From sequence record PP496440.1: a stretch of 64,000 bases of DNA; one strand, 5' to 3'. Numbering within the stretch: the stretch's first letter is position 1; every line of letters starts with the position of its first letter. Positions 55,743 through 64,000 of the stretch are shown here, piece by piece. The notes beneath the pieces are model-generated. The model searched no databases. It had not been told where the DNA came from and saw nothing but the letters and a program-made list of their open reading frames with translations. Both the position numbers and the translations under genes were made by a program.

Positions 55743-56510
55743 ATGGGCTCTATTCTCTATACCCACCGTCAGATCGTCAATACTCCCAACCTCCGTAAGG
55801 AAGCCCGTGAAAGCAAGAGCTTCAAGGAGTACAGCAAGACCGTCGCGAAGAAAGCCAAGCGCTTGCCGATTCCGGTCCTGTATGTAGACGGCACCCCGAC
55901 CACCGAACAATTCAGCCGCCTGCTGAATGACCGCTTGATCTTTCTGGTGTGCTTGTTCCCCCCGACCGCCAGCATCGAGAAGCTGACCGAGCTGTCCAAG
56001 GTGTTCAGCAGCCAGCCGTGGTATCTGAACATCAACAAGATCAAGGTGTACCAGTTGGATGGCTGCATGGTGACCCGCACCAACCAGACCACCAAGGAAA
56101 CCACCGAAGAGTTCGACTTCCGTACTGCACAGATGTACGCCGTGCAAGAGATCGACAAACTGCTCAACACGCAGGAAGGCCAGATTCTGGCGGCTGCTCA
56201 ATGCCGTATCGTACCAGAAGGCCAGCCGGACACGTGGGCACAAGGCGGTGGTGTCACCACGAAGCTGCAAGGCGCACCCGCTGACCAGCAAACCAGCCTG
56301 GGTGTTGGTGGGAAGTCAGCGGCAGAGATTCAGGCGGGGGTGTCCGAAGTTGAAGCTCAGGATGAAACGGAGTATCTGCTTAGCACTCCGGCTAACGCTG
56401 AACGTCTTCGCCGGTCCATCGCTGAATTGAGCCGTAAGCCTATTCGCGGTCTTGACGGCAAGTTCATCAAGATGGACCAATCTTCGTTCAAGAAGGAGGA
56501 CGGGGAATGA
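55743..56510 (+). CDS. Hypothetical protein with C-terminal YefM-like toxin-binding helix
   Basis: DETEYLLSTPANAERLRRSIAEL at 56361-56429. Confidence 0.75.
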   Translation: MGSILYTHRQIVNTPNLRKEARESKSFKEYSKTVAKKAKRLPIPVLYVDGTPTTEQFSRLLNDRLIFLVCLFPPTASIEKLTELSKVFSSQPWYLNINKIKVYQLDGCMVTRTNQTTKETTEEFDFRTAQMYAVQEIDKLLNTQEGQILAAAQCRIVPEGQPDTWAQGGGVTTKLQGAPADQQTSLGVGGKSAAEIQAGVSEVEAQDETEYLLSTPANAERLRRSIAELSRKPIRGLDGKFIKMDQSSFKKEDGE

Positions 56511-56920
56511 GCCTAAGCTACCGTCCCGGTATTACCCAAGCGCTCAATCTGCTGGATTCCTACCCGGCGGATCGTGACCCACTGGAGGTGCTGACCGAGT
56601 ATCGTCAGATGCTGGTCAAGGAACTTGACGACAATCTGCCGACCCTGAAAGAAGTACAGGATTGGATGAGCCGTGTCCTGTATCAGAACCATGGCAATCC
56701 ATCGCGCGAAGAGCTGGAGCGCCGGGCCAAGGAAGAACTGGGAATGGATTTCAGGTTCACCCACGCGGATCGCACAGGCAACGGCAAGCTCATTGCAGCC
56801 TTAACCTGCAAGCGCCGTACGGTAAATATCACACTGGAACCTACCAAGGTACCTCCACGCGGTCAGATGTCCGAGGGCCGGGAACGGCTCCAGATTACCG
56901 CAATCAATGTAGAGGAATGA
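56507..56920 (+). CDS. Hypothetical protein
   Basis: ATGA overlap, GGAGG RBS. Confidence 0.7.
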   Translation: MSLSYRPGITQALNLLDSYPADRDPLEVLTEYRQMLVKELDDNLPTLKEVQDWMSRVLYQNHGNPSREELERRAKEELGMDFRFTHADRTGNGKLIAALTCKRRTVNITLEPTKVPPRGQMSEGRERLQITAINVEE

Positions 56921-57864
56921 CCATGGCCTTAGCAGCCAAGAAAAAGATCCGTCTGAAACGGCGGGATCGGGACAAGGCGGAGCAGCCACCGGTCGAGTCC
57001 ACCAAGGCCTCGGTGCGCAACATCGTTGGCATCTGCAACCACAACCCGTATCAGGTAGGCCAGCTGTTGCCTAGCGAGCCTGCGGTTATGGGAATGGACG
57101 GGAAGATCACGGGTGCACGTCGCGCCCAATACCTGTTTGTGCCCTATGTCGCCACTCTGCTCCAGTTCCGGGACGTGGTGCTGGCGTTCAAAGGGACCGT
57201 GATCGTCTTCGATGATCCGGTCAAGCTGGACCACGTGCTTCAGATTGGTAACGTGCTGGACATCGTGACCAAGAACCATAGCTACCAGTACACCTTCTGC
57301 CCGCTTACTTCGGCCAAGCTGGTAGCCGCAGATGAGCCCCGGCGCCCAATTATGATCGATCAGGAACGGGTCAACGTTCTGCCGAACATGATCAATGCGG
57401 TGCAGGGCAGTATCGCGCAAGTTATTATGGAAGCCACGCAGAGCCTGATCCCGACCGTCAAGTCGGATGTGCTCAAGACCATCTTCTCGTGGATCAGCGA
57501 GTCCGACTTGACCCCGGATCTGCTGTTGCAGGAACTGGAAAGGTTGAACGTGGAGGATCCTGAGGTAATGATGGCGCCGTTGCTGGCGTTCCTTGGCACC
57601 GAGCAGGGTCAGAAGACATGCAAAGCTTTTGCGATGGTTGCGGAGTACAAGGCCAAAGGGAAAAGCGTTCCGTATCCGAAGATTGAAAAGGCGACCGGTG
57701 TTCCGTCATTCGATCTGCAGTTTGCCATTCGCTACATTCGCCGGACAACCTCTGTGCGTCGGCCAGGTATGACGTTGAGTCAGATCCATGCGGCGCGTAA
57801 ACTCAAATCCAACAATGATGTTCTGGGCGGGATCGATGATCCCGAGGACGAAGAAGATGTTTGA
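56917..57864 (+). CDS. Hypothetical protein
   Basis: GAGG RBS, ATGA overlap. Confidence 0.75.
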   Translation: MTMALAAKKKIRLKRRDRDKAEQPPVESTKASVRNIVGICNHNPYQVGQLLPSEPAVMGMDGKITGARRAQYLFVPYVATLLQFRDVVLAFKGTVIVFDDPVKLDHVLQIGNVLDIVTKNHSYQYTFCPLTSAKLVAADEPRRPIMIDQERVNVLPNMINAVQGSIAQVIMEATQSLIPTVKSDVLKTIFSWISESDLTPDLLLQELERLNVEDPEVMMAPLLAFLGTEQGQKTCKAFAMVAEYKAKGKSVPYPKIEKATGVPSFDLQFAIRYIRRTTSVRRPGMTLSQIHAARKLKSNNDVLGGIDDPEDEEDV

Positions 57865-58771
57865 GACAATTATGCGAGGGGGCTTAGCATCCTTCATCTA
57901 CATCGCGATTATCATCGTGGTTATCGTCTGGGTGGTCAATTCGATATACCGACAGAAAAAGATTGCCCAGATCCGGCAGCACGAACGGCAAGTCAAGCAG
58001 ACAGAGCAGGACCGCAAGGACGTAATCTCCGACGCTGAAGACGCCCGTCCCATCGAATACGTGACAGAGGACACGGGGATGTCGGTTCCCAACTTCTTCC
58101 TGTCCAAGTTCATCGAAGAGCTGGCGCTGGTCACCAGTGCGTCGGTGCGCAGGCTCAGCCCGGTGGCCGGTGCAGAAAGTCTGGAGGACTTGCGAGTTGA
58201 GTTCTCCCGGCTGCAAGCGTTGCTCCACCTTCAGTTCGAGCAAGTCGTTGGTCCCGTTCTTGAAGAAGAGATGCGGTCCACGTACGAACGGGTTGAAGCA
58301 GCGTTGGCCGACGCCAAGGCGAAAGGCATGGTGCGAGGCGAACGTGAATTCGGTAGCCTGCCGCATACGCAACCGCCGCGTGAGTATCGCACCTACACCA
58401 ATGAACGCCTGGGTATTCGTGTGCACAGCACCATGTCGGACATCGAGGTTGCGGAAGCAGTAAAGTGGGCGGAAGGATTGGTCATCTCGCTTGCTTCGGA
58501 AGCTGACAGGGTGGATAAGTTCCGTGAACTCTTGCAGCAGGGTCAGGTCAACGAAGTAAAGGTTGAACTGATCAATTCCCCGGAACCGCAGATCTATCGT
58601 CATCGGTTCGAAGGCTTGAACGTAACCACTACGCTGCCCCGTGAAGAGGTGGCCGCTGTGGTAAAACCCTATCTGGGGATGGCGGTCACCGAGTCGGTAC
58701 TGGAAGAGATTAAGTTCATCCTCCAGCAGAAGACCAGTGACGCAGTAATCGTCGATACAGACGCTACGTAA
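57857..58771 (+). CDS. N-terminally membrane-anchored protein
   Basis: TM helix, coiled coil, short C-terminal duplication. Confidence 0.75.
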   Translation: MFETIMRGGLASFIYIAIIIVVIVWVVNSIYRQKKIAQIRQHERQVKQTEQDRKDVISDAEDARPIEYVTEDTGMSVPNFFLSKFIEELALVTSASVRRLSPVAGAESLEDLRVEFSRLQALLHLQFEQVVGPVLEEEMRSTYERVEAALADAKAKGMVRGEREFGSLPHTQPPREYRTYTNERLGIRVHSTMSDIEVAEAVKWAEGLVISLASEADRVDKFRELLQQGQVNEVKVELINSPEPQIYRHRFEGLNVTTTLPREEVAAVVKPYLGMAVTESVLEEIKFILQQKTSDAVIVDTDAT

Positions 58772-58776
58772 TACTC

Positions 58777-58805
58777 AGGGTGTTCCTTTCTGGAACACCC
58801 TTTTT
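58777..58805 (+). terminator. Intrinsic terminator
   Basis: AGGGTGTTCC/GGAACACCCT followed by TTTT. Confidence 0.85.
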
Positions 58806-58820
58806 CATTTGGAGATCGTA

Positions 58821-59057
58821 ATGGCTAAAGCAACCTGCTACGGAATCTGCCCACAATGCGGCAGCGATGTCACCAAGGTGAACTTCCGCGATGACACCAT
58901 GACCTGTTTAGGTGGGCACCAGTGCACCTTCGAGCGTATGATCAGTCTGGTGGGTGTAGTGGACGAACCACCTACGGCGGAACTGATTGACATGGCACAG
59001 AACGCCCACGTGTTGCGACCACCCTCTTGCTACGCACGACTGCTTACTCGGGATTGA
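58821..59057 (+). CDS. Small Zn-ribbon protein
   Basis: CPQC...C..GH; GGAG RBS. Confidence 0.65.
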   Translation: MAKATCYGICPQCGSDVTKVNFRDDTMTCLGGHQCTFERMISLVGVVDEPPTAELIDMAQNAHVLRPPSCYARLLTRD

Positions 59058-59119
59058 CAGCTCTGGTAAATGATGTCATACTAGTGGCAACGCCACGTAC
59101 TGCGCGGGAGCAGTGAGCC

Positions 59120-59518
59120 ATGAGCAAGCAACGCACCACCAAGAAGCAACGAGAGGAACAGCAAGCCCGGCAACGGGAGGAAGCCCGGTTGAAGAAGGAG
59201 CGGGATCACGCATTCCGTCCTCTCTTCGGGACCGGTGGCTCCGGGCGCAGAACTCCGAATCGGGTGCCGACGCTGGAGACTCCAGTATACGCCAAAGACA
59301 GCAAGCACGTACCTTCGTTGATCACGGCCAAACCGTTCAACAAGCAGGTGCCGGTCCAGTACGATGAAGAGATGTCGGTACGGGAAGCTGCGGCGCAAGT
59401 CGAGATCGCACACAAGCGTAAGCGGGTCGCGGTCGTCTGCCACAAGTCCGGCTATCAGTACGTCGGTGAAGTGGAAGATCCGAAAACTTTCGGTAAGAAA
59501 TCTCAAGCACTGGAGTAA
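59120..59518 (+). CDS. Conserved-looking phage hypothetical protein (basic)
   Basis: GGAG RBS; C-terminal HKSGYQYV. Confidence 0.75.
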   Translation: MSKQRTTKKQREEQQARQREEARLKKERDHAFRPLFGTGGSGRRTPNRVPTLETPVYAKDSKHVPSLITAKPFNKQVPVQYDEEMSVREAAAQVEIAHKRKRVAVVCHKSGYQYVGEVEDPKTFGKKSQALE

Positions 59519-59519
59519 G

Positions 59520-59681
59520 ATGATGGACAGTGAAGACAGGCAACCGTGCCCTAACAGAGAGTGTCAGCACAAGACTTACGAGTCACACACCTGCCCGTAC
59601 AAGGAAAGTGTGAATGACGATACAGAGTCCCTGTGCCATTGCTGGGAGAACTGCAAACAACAATGTGCGGAGGAAATTTGA
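59520..59681 (+). CDS. Cys-rich microprotein
   Basis: C...C...HTCPY...CHC..C..C; GGAG RBS. Confidence 0.6.
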   Translation: MMDSEDRQPCPNRECQHKTYESHTCPYKESVNDDTESLCHCWENCKQQCAEEI

Positions 59682-60097
59682 TGATAGAAGTTCTTATGTG
59701 GGTCGTGGGAATAGTCGCATCTGTCTGCGCGTTCCCTTTCGTGTTCATCTGGACCCACGACCTGCTTGTCAAGCCCGCGACAAACAATAGAACCATAGAC
59801 GGAGGGCATAGCTGTCCGTACGCGAACATGACGGATGAAGAGCTGTATGACTTCGAAGCAGATTCCTTTCATGGTATCAAGCCAGAGAATCGTACATGGC
59901 CGACACTGGCAGCTTTTCTGATGTATCAAGACCGTAAGTCTGCATCGAAGGAACTAGCAGTAGCGACGGAACCGCTGGAAGGTGAGTTGCTTTATCCCGA
60001 GATGGAAGTCAGGGAGAACACTGCGGTTATCGCTAATGATGCCTGGCTAGCTACCAAAGGAATATACCGGGACCGAGATCCCAAGTGGCCCCACTAA
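59681..60097 (+). CDS. Membrane-anchored hypothetical protein
   Basis: N-terminal TM, TGATG overlap. Confidence 0.65.
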   Translation: MIEVLMWVVGIVASVCAFPFVFIWTHDLLVKPATNNRTIDGGHSCPYANMTDEELYDFEADSFHGIKPENRTWPTLAAFLMYQDRKSASKELAVATEPLEGELLYPEMEVRENTAVIANDAWLATKGIYRDRDPKWPH

Positions 60098-60129
60098 TCC
60101 TCTACACGCTGTCCTGATAGGAGATCCAC

Positions 60130-60606
60130 GTGAACAATATTGATGCCGACATGCGATTGGCCCACGAACTGGCCGAGGTAGTAGCTTCAGTTCCTGAGAG
60201 CTGTGAAAGAGTGGTTGTCTTGATCCCCGACTACTATGAAGCTCTGGGCAAGTCTAGCGTAATGCTGAACACCATAGACAGACTACGGAATGCAGGTATC
60301 ATGGTGGACGTGATGCGCCCCAGTGATATCCGTAGCCTGGAGGGAGTGGAGGCCCATCCATTGGATGGTGTTCATCTTCCGATGGATTTCTCTGCCCTAG
60401 AGGAGCGTGCAGCTCGGTCTATGTTCTTCGACTCCTTTCAGGACTTGTCGGGTACGGATACCGGTTCAGACAGGGCTCAGTTCAGGCTTACGCCGACCGC
60501 CCGCATCACACCGCATCCGTTGAAAGCTCTGGACTACATCCAGAAGGGTAGCGGCAAACTTTCCAAGGGCATGAAGCTCATGCTGAAGAAGCAAAGGGGA
60601 TGGTAA
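60130..60606 (+). CDS. Hypothetical protein
   Basis: AGGAG RBS. Confidence 0.7.
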   Translation: MNNIDADMRLAHELAEVVASVPESCERVVVLIPDYYEALGKSSVMLNTIDRLRNAGIMVDVMRPSDIRSLEGVEAHPLDGVHLPMDFSALEERAARSMFFDSFQDLSGTDTGSDRAQFRLTPTARITPHPLKALDYIQKGSGKLSKGMKLMLKKQRGW

Positions 60607-60607
60607 C

Positions 60608-61237
60608 ATGATCATCAATACTGCGAAGAAGATACTGGAGCAAGTGGCTCCGCCTGCTGTGTGTAAACTCACGCTGTCAGACCGTACCGACATCGGCTGC
60701 TTCCTCCTGCATGATCTAGGTAAGGACAATTCCAACCACGACATGATCATTGGCGGAATGTTCAACCAAGAACTGTGTCTGGCGTTCTACATGTTGCTTA
60801 ACTCAGACGTTGCTACTTCACTGGAGCAGTCTGTCAGTGAGGACGTGATCAAAGAACTCAATGCCATGAAGGCGTACATTTATCACAAGAAGGGGTTGAT
60901 CGGTGGGCGACTCCCAGAACCCACATTGATGTTGCGAGCGATAACCGGTGACTTGATCTCGAATGCCGTGCGTGACCCATTCTTCAGTGGGCAGCGACAC
61001 GATCAGACGTGCAGCGATACCCGACTACGGTTCAATGCCCAGCACGCCAAAGCGCCGGAAGGTTCAGTGAAAGAACTGGCCGCGAAGTACGGGGTGTCGA
61101 TCAGTGAGGTACGCCGGTTGAAAGCTGCGGGCCAACTGCATACCCTCGGCCAGTCAGCCGAACCCCAACCAGACAATGCTGCCGATGAACAAAAGGTAGC
61201 GCAAACCAAAGCCCTGCTTGAGAGCTTACTGCCATGA
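60608..61237 (+). CDS. Hypothetical protein with C-terminal HTH-like motif
   Basis: VKELAAKYGVSISEVRRLKAAGQL. Confidence 0.65.
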   Translation: MIINTAKKILEQVAPPAVCKLTLSDRTDIGCFLLHDLGKDNSNHDMIIGGMFNQELCLAFYMLLNSDVATSLEQSVSEDVIKELNAMKAYIYHKKGLIGGRLPEPTLMLRAITGDLISNAVRDPFFSGQRHDQTCSDTRLRFNAQHAKAPEGSVKELAAKYGVSISEVRRLKAAGQLHTLGQSAEPQPDNAADEQKVAQTKALLESLLP

Positions 61238-62259
61238 CAGATGCAACGTTGGATACCGCCGGTGACGTAATGAAGATTCAAGCTGCCGAGGTAGTGTCGA
61301 AGTTCATTGACAACTACGCCCTCACCATGATGTCTGTGTCCGATAAGGACTACCCAGAAGCCTTCAAGAAGGCTAAGAATAAACTGGCTCAGCTGGCCGG
61401 ATCTGCCATGAGCATCCCGGCGTCCGTGGAAGTAATGAGAGCTATGCCGTTCGCTATCCTGTTTGCCGGGGTACGTCAGGTAAGCCATGCAGTCACTCTG
61501 GCAAAAGCTGTACTACCCGAGGGTTTACCCTTGAAAGCTCTTGGGTTCGACTATTGGACAGATGTACGTACTCAGCTGGAGCGTAATCTGATTGATCGGG
61601 GTGTGGGTGAGATGCACCGGGGTGCGCAGTTGGATAAGTTGCCCCGGCCCCCGCTTTCCCCAGACGAACTACGGGAAAAGAAAGACGACCCATTCGCTGA
61701 CGTAGATCATGATTCCGATCACGTGCACGAATTGAGCGAGATGCTGTCCCCGGCTGGCGTCCCATGGTACATCTCCAACGACCGGATCAAAGCCGACCGC
61801 AAGGACGCAGGCGGTGCGATGGACGCTGCCATGGTGATGGTTAGCGAGCGCCACGCCAAACGCCACCTGGTCGAGCTAGTGAACGCTGCGCTGCTATTCA
61901 AGCCGCCGGTCAAACATCCTTACCCTATCTCGGAGTATTCAGCCGAGGATTGGTGGGTGAAAGAGATTGCGGGCATCGCGTCTTCGTTGGTGCCGTTGAC
62001 TGCAGACCAGTACCGCGCCATCCACATTGCCCGTAACTTCGCCCGTCTGGTGTTCGACACCGTAGCGGCACCTAGCGATGACCAGATAGTTTATCAGTAC
62101 CGTTCGCGATGGAAAGCGGAAGATTCTTGGAGCGAATGGCATACCACGACGAAGTCTAGCTTCGACACTATCAAGATCACGTGGGGTCACATGGCTGACC
62201 GTTACGAGTTCCGTCTCCTGCGCGTTATTCCTGAGGTGATCAATGCCGACTCCAACTGA
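61234..62259 (+). CDS. Multi-domain hypothetical protein (Ead/Ea22-like C-terminus, tentative)
   Basis: VYQYR...WSEW...YEFRLL. Confidence 0.7.
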   Translation: MTDATLDTAGDVMKIQAAEVVSKFIDNYALTMMSVSDKDYPEAFKKAKNKLAQLAGSAMSIPASVEVMRAMPFAILFAGVRQVSHAVTLAKAVLPEGLPLKALGFDYWTDVRTQLERNLIDRGVGEMHRGAQLDKLPRPPLSPDELREKKDDPFADVDHDSDHVHELSEMLSPAGVPWYISNDRIKADRKDAGGAMDAAMVMVSERHAKRHLVELVNAALLFKPPVKHPYPISEYSAEDWWVKEIAGIASSLVPLTADQYRAIHIARNFARLVFDTVAAPSDDQIVYQYRSRWKAEDSWSEWHTTTKSSFDTIKITWGHMADRYEFRLLRVIPEVINADSN

Positions 62260-62515
62260 ACAGACACTACCCACGGTCGCATCACTGGACGATATATCAT
62301 CTAGTGGCACCTACCGGGTGGACTACACCATCGTTATGCAGATGAATTTCACCCCTGATTTCATGTCCCGCGTCAAGTTCATACGGGACATCATGGACTC
62401 GGAAACCAAGAAGCTGGTATCTCAGCAGGTGGGATTCGAAGACGGTAGCATCTTCACTCGTACCCACGGGGAAGATGGGGACTGGACGTATGGGCCGTGG
62501 GTGAAGGAGGTGTAA
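62243..62515 (+). CDS. Small protein with tail-fibre knob-like signature
   Basis: SLDDI.SSGTY...Q......G.IFTR...W.YGPW. Confidence 0.55.
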   Translation: MPTPTEQTLPTVASLDDISSSGTYRVDYTIVMQMNFTPDFMSRVKFIRDIMDSETKKLVSQQVGFEDGSIFTRTHGEDGDWTYGPWVKEV

Positions 62516-62516
62516 G

Positions 62517-62687
62517 ATGTATCGTAGCGCAGTGAAGTATAAAGACCACGGCTATCTTGCTCCGGGTAGCCGTGCGTTCGAACTCTACCACGACAAGTCT
62601 GACAAAGGCCACAAGTTGCTGGATCAGCACATGGCCGAGGTGGACGCCGCGTGGCGCAAACTGGAGGGACGCAAGAATGGAAAGTAA
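62517..62687 (+). CDS. Small hypothetical protein (56 aa)
   Basis: AAGGAGGT RBS; read by hand. Confidence 0.6.
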   Translation: MYRSAVKYKDHGYLAPGSRAFELYHDKSDKGHKLLDQHMAEVDAAWRKLEGRKNGK

Positions 62688-63123
62688 CAAGTTAAAGTCC
62701 CTCCTTCTTACGCAGCTGGTTGTCGTGTTGCTCATCTCAGGCTACTATATGTTCAAGGTCGGCCAGCACCGAAGTGAAGAGGTGATGCGATATGCCTCTA
62801 TGGTGGATACCAGTGCCGACTCTGCTCGCCATAAGTCGAACTACTCGTACAACACATCTGGTTACTTCCGCGACGAAGAGACCAACGCTTTCTTTCGCGA
62901 CGACATCTCGGACAAGCTGTATCGGGAGTTCGAAGCGGGAGGCAACAAGCCGATCCGGGTGAGCTGGCACTACAGCATCGACAAGCGAGAGCAGACTAGC
63001 ATCGGCGTCTTCTACATGATGGGCGGCGTTATGTTAGAGGCCATTGCGATCATCATCCTGATCCATCTGACCATGGTGGCGTGGGCCAAGCACGTACGGG
63101 AGCGCAAACCTGATGTGGATTGA
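62677..63123 (+). CDS. 2-TM membrane protein
   Basis: N- and C-terminal TM helices, GGAGG RBS. Confidence 0.7.
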   Translation: MESNKLKSLLLTQLVVVLLISGYYMFKVGQHRSEEVMRYASMVDTSADSARHKSNYSYNTSGYFRDEETNAFFRDDISDKLYREFEAGGNKPIRVSWHYSIDKREQTSIGVFYMMGGVMLEAIAIIILIHLTMVAWAKHVRERKPDVD

Positions 63124-63496
63124 TTACGTCTGGGGTTACAAGCTGTTTGGTGGCCTGTACGAAACAGTGCGGGTCAAGTTCCAAAGCGAAGAGATGGACA
63201 AACTGGATAACGTCTTCCTCAGTGAAACGGATGCCCGTAAAGCAGTCGAGACGTTGAACTACAAACGCATTCAAGGTGCCGTTACCTACTTGCACGCTCT
63301 CAACAAACTCGACACCGAATCGGTGCAGGGTGAGCAGGCTGTGTACAACGTGATTGCAGGGTATGGCGAACCCGACGCGTGTATAGACGGTTACGAAGAT
63401 AGGTTGCTGCTCAGAACCAAGACGGCATGCCTGATTCGCTTTGACCGCCGCATCACCCAGAGCTCACGCAACATTCCCTTTCCGGAGATCCTATGA
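63113..63496 (+). CDS. Hypothetical protein
   Basis: Overlapping coupled ORF. Confidence 0.6.
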   Translation: MWIDYVWGYKLFGGLYETVRVKFQSEEMDKLDNVFLSETDARKAVETLNYKRIQGAVTYLHALNKLDTESVQGEQAVYNVIAGYGEPDACIDGYEDRLLLRTKTACLIRFDRRITQSSRNIPFPEIL

Positions 63497-64000
63497 ATTC
63501 TTACGAGATTAAAGAGGTACATGTGGGTGTCCATCGCAACAACCCAACCTTTAAGTTAATGCGGCGGATACCTAGTCATACGCATCGTGGACATATCATC
63601 TCGGACGAGCAGTTCCGGGTTAAGATGGACACCATTATGCTGCTTGACCTGGCCCATATGTCCGAAGCCGAAGTGAATGCAAAGGTGGAGGAAGACTGGA
63701 TCAAGCATCTAAACTTCAGTCTTCCTAACGGCGAAGGTGAATACCCGTGCCTGAAACTTACGGACGAGGAGATAGCTGCCCATCGTCGCGCTGATCCAGA
63801 ATCGCGACGAGTGATGAAGTATGCCAATGAAGAGAATGGCAACTACAGTAACCAGTGCGCGCACTGTAGCTCTATGTTCATCGGCTACAAGGGGTTCGGT
63901 TCCTGCCAGCTATGCAGCGACCTTTTAACTTTTCGCCGAGACCAGCATGAGTTTGAGTTCCACGCTAAAGAGAACCTGGGGCTGAGCACGAAGAAGCTGG
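63493..64000 (+). CDS. Hypothetical protein with Zn-finger, truncated by window end
   Basis: GGAG RBS, ATGA overlap, CAHC...CQLC, no stop before window end. Confidence 0.6.
   Translation, partial: MNSYEIKEVHVGVHRNNPTFKLMRRIPSHTHRGHIISDEQFRVKMDTIMLLDLAHMSEAEVNAKVEEDWIKHLNFSLPNGEGEYPCLKLTDEEIAAHRRADPESRRVMKYANEENGNYSNQCAHCSSMFIGYKGFGSCQLCSDLLTFRRDQHEFEFHAKENLGLSTKKL

Noticed and set aside
60380-60415. DFSALEER resembling PolA motif A
   Set aside because: It is isolated in a 158-aa protein with no other polymerase motifs
1-64000. CRISPR array, tRNA genes, IS or transposase
   Set aside because: I saw no regularly spaced direct repeats, cloverleaf with T-loop consensus, or transposase motifs; the intergenic gaps are explained by promoters, terminators and hairpins
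1-64000. Stop-codon reassignment as in some jumbo phages
   Set aside because: Recognisable enzymes are full length in the standard code, and genes end in TAA, TGA and TAG

Overview
This window is a 64 kb segment of a large (jumbo-type) tailed dsDNA phage genome. It is gene-dense and almost entirely on the + strand; only a two-gene GH19 endolysin unit is on the - strand. Sigma70 promoters, a double-ATP-cone NrdA, DUF3309 and the GH19 endolysin point to a proteobacterial host. Resemblance to PaBG/Lu11/RSL1-type jumbo phages is an unverified inference. Gene order: head-packaging module (terminase, probable portal, two modular head proteins, prohead protease); early cassettes behind strong sigma70 promoters; exported proteins and a lytic transglycosylase; QueD-like enzyme; nucleotide metabolism (NrdA, a dead NrdB paralogue, NrdB, ThyA, DHFR, HD phosphohydrolase, NDT-like glycosidase, dimeric dUTPase, MazG-like); replication and recombination (SbcD, DnaX-like clamp loader, SbcC); many hypotheticals. 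I found no tRNA, CRISPR array, intron, intein or IS element. Most notable observations: (1) head-region proteins look like polyproteins of shuffled modules separated by a recurring xxTA/ETA motif that also occurs in the protease N-terminus and the portal; (2) a catalytically dead RNR beta mimic keeps its alpha-docking tail; (3) two independent orphan antitoxin fragments (TacA/DUF1778-like and YefM-like) retain only the toxin-binding part; (4) several phage-specific cis-elements recur, namely CTGTCCCAA-GAGG leaders, GGTAAATGA in hairpin loops and GCAA hairpins. All family assignments come from motifs recognised by eye, not from database searches.
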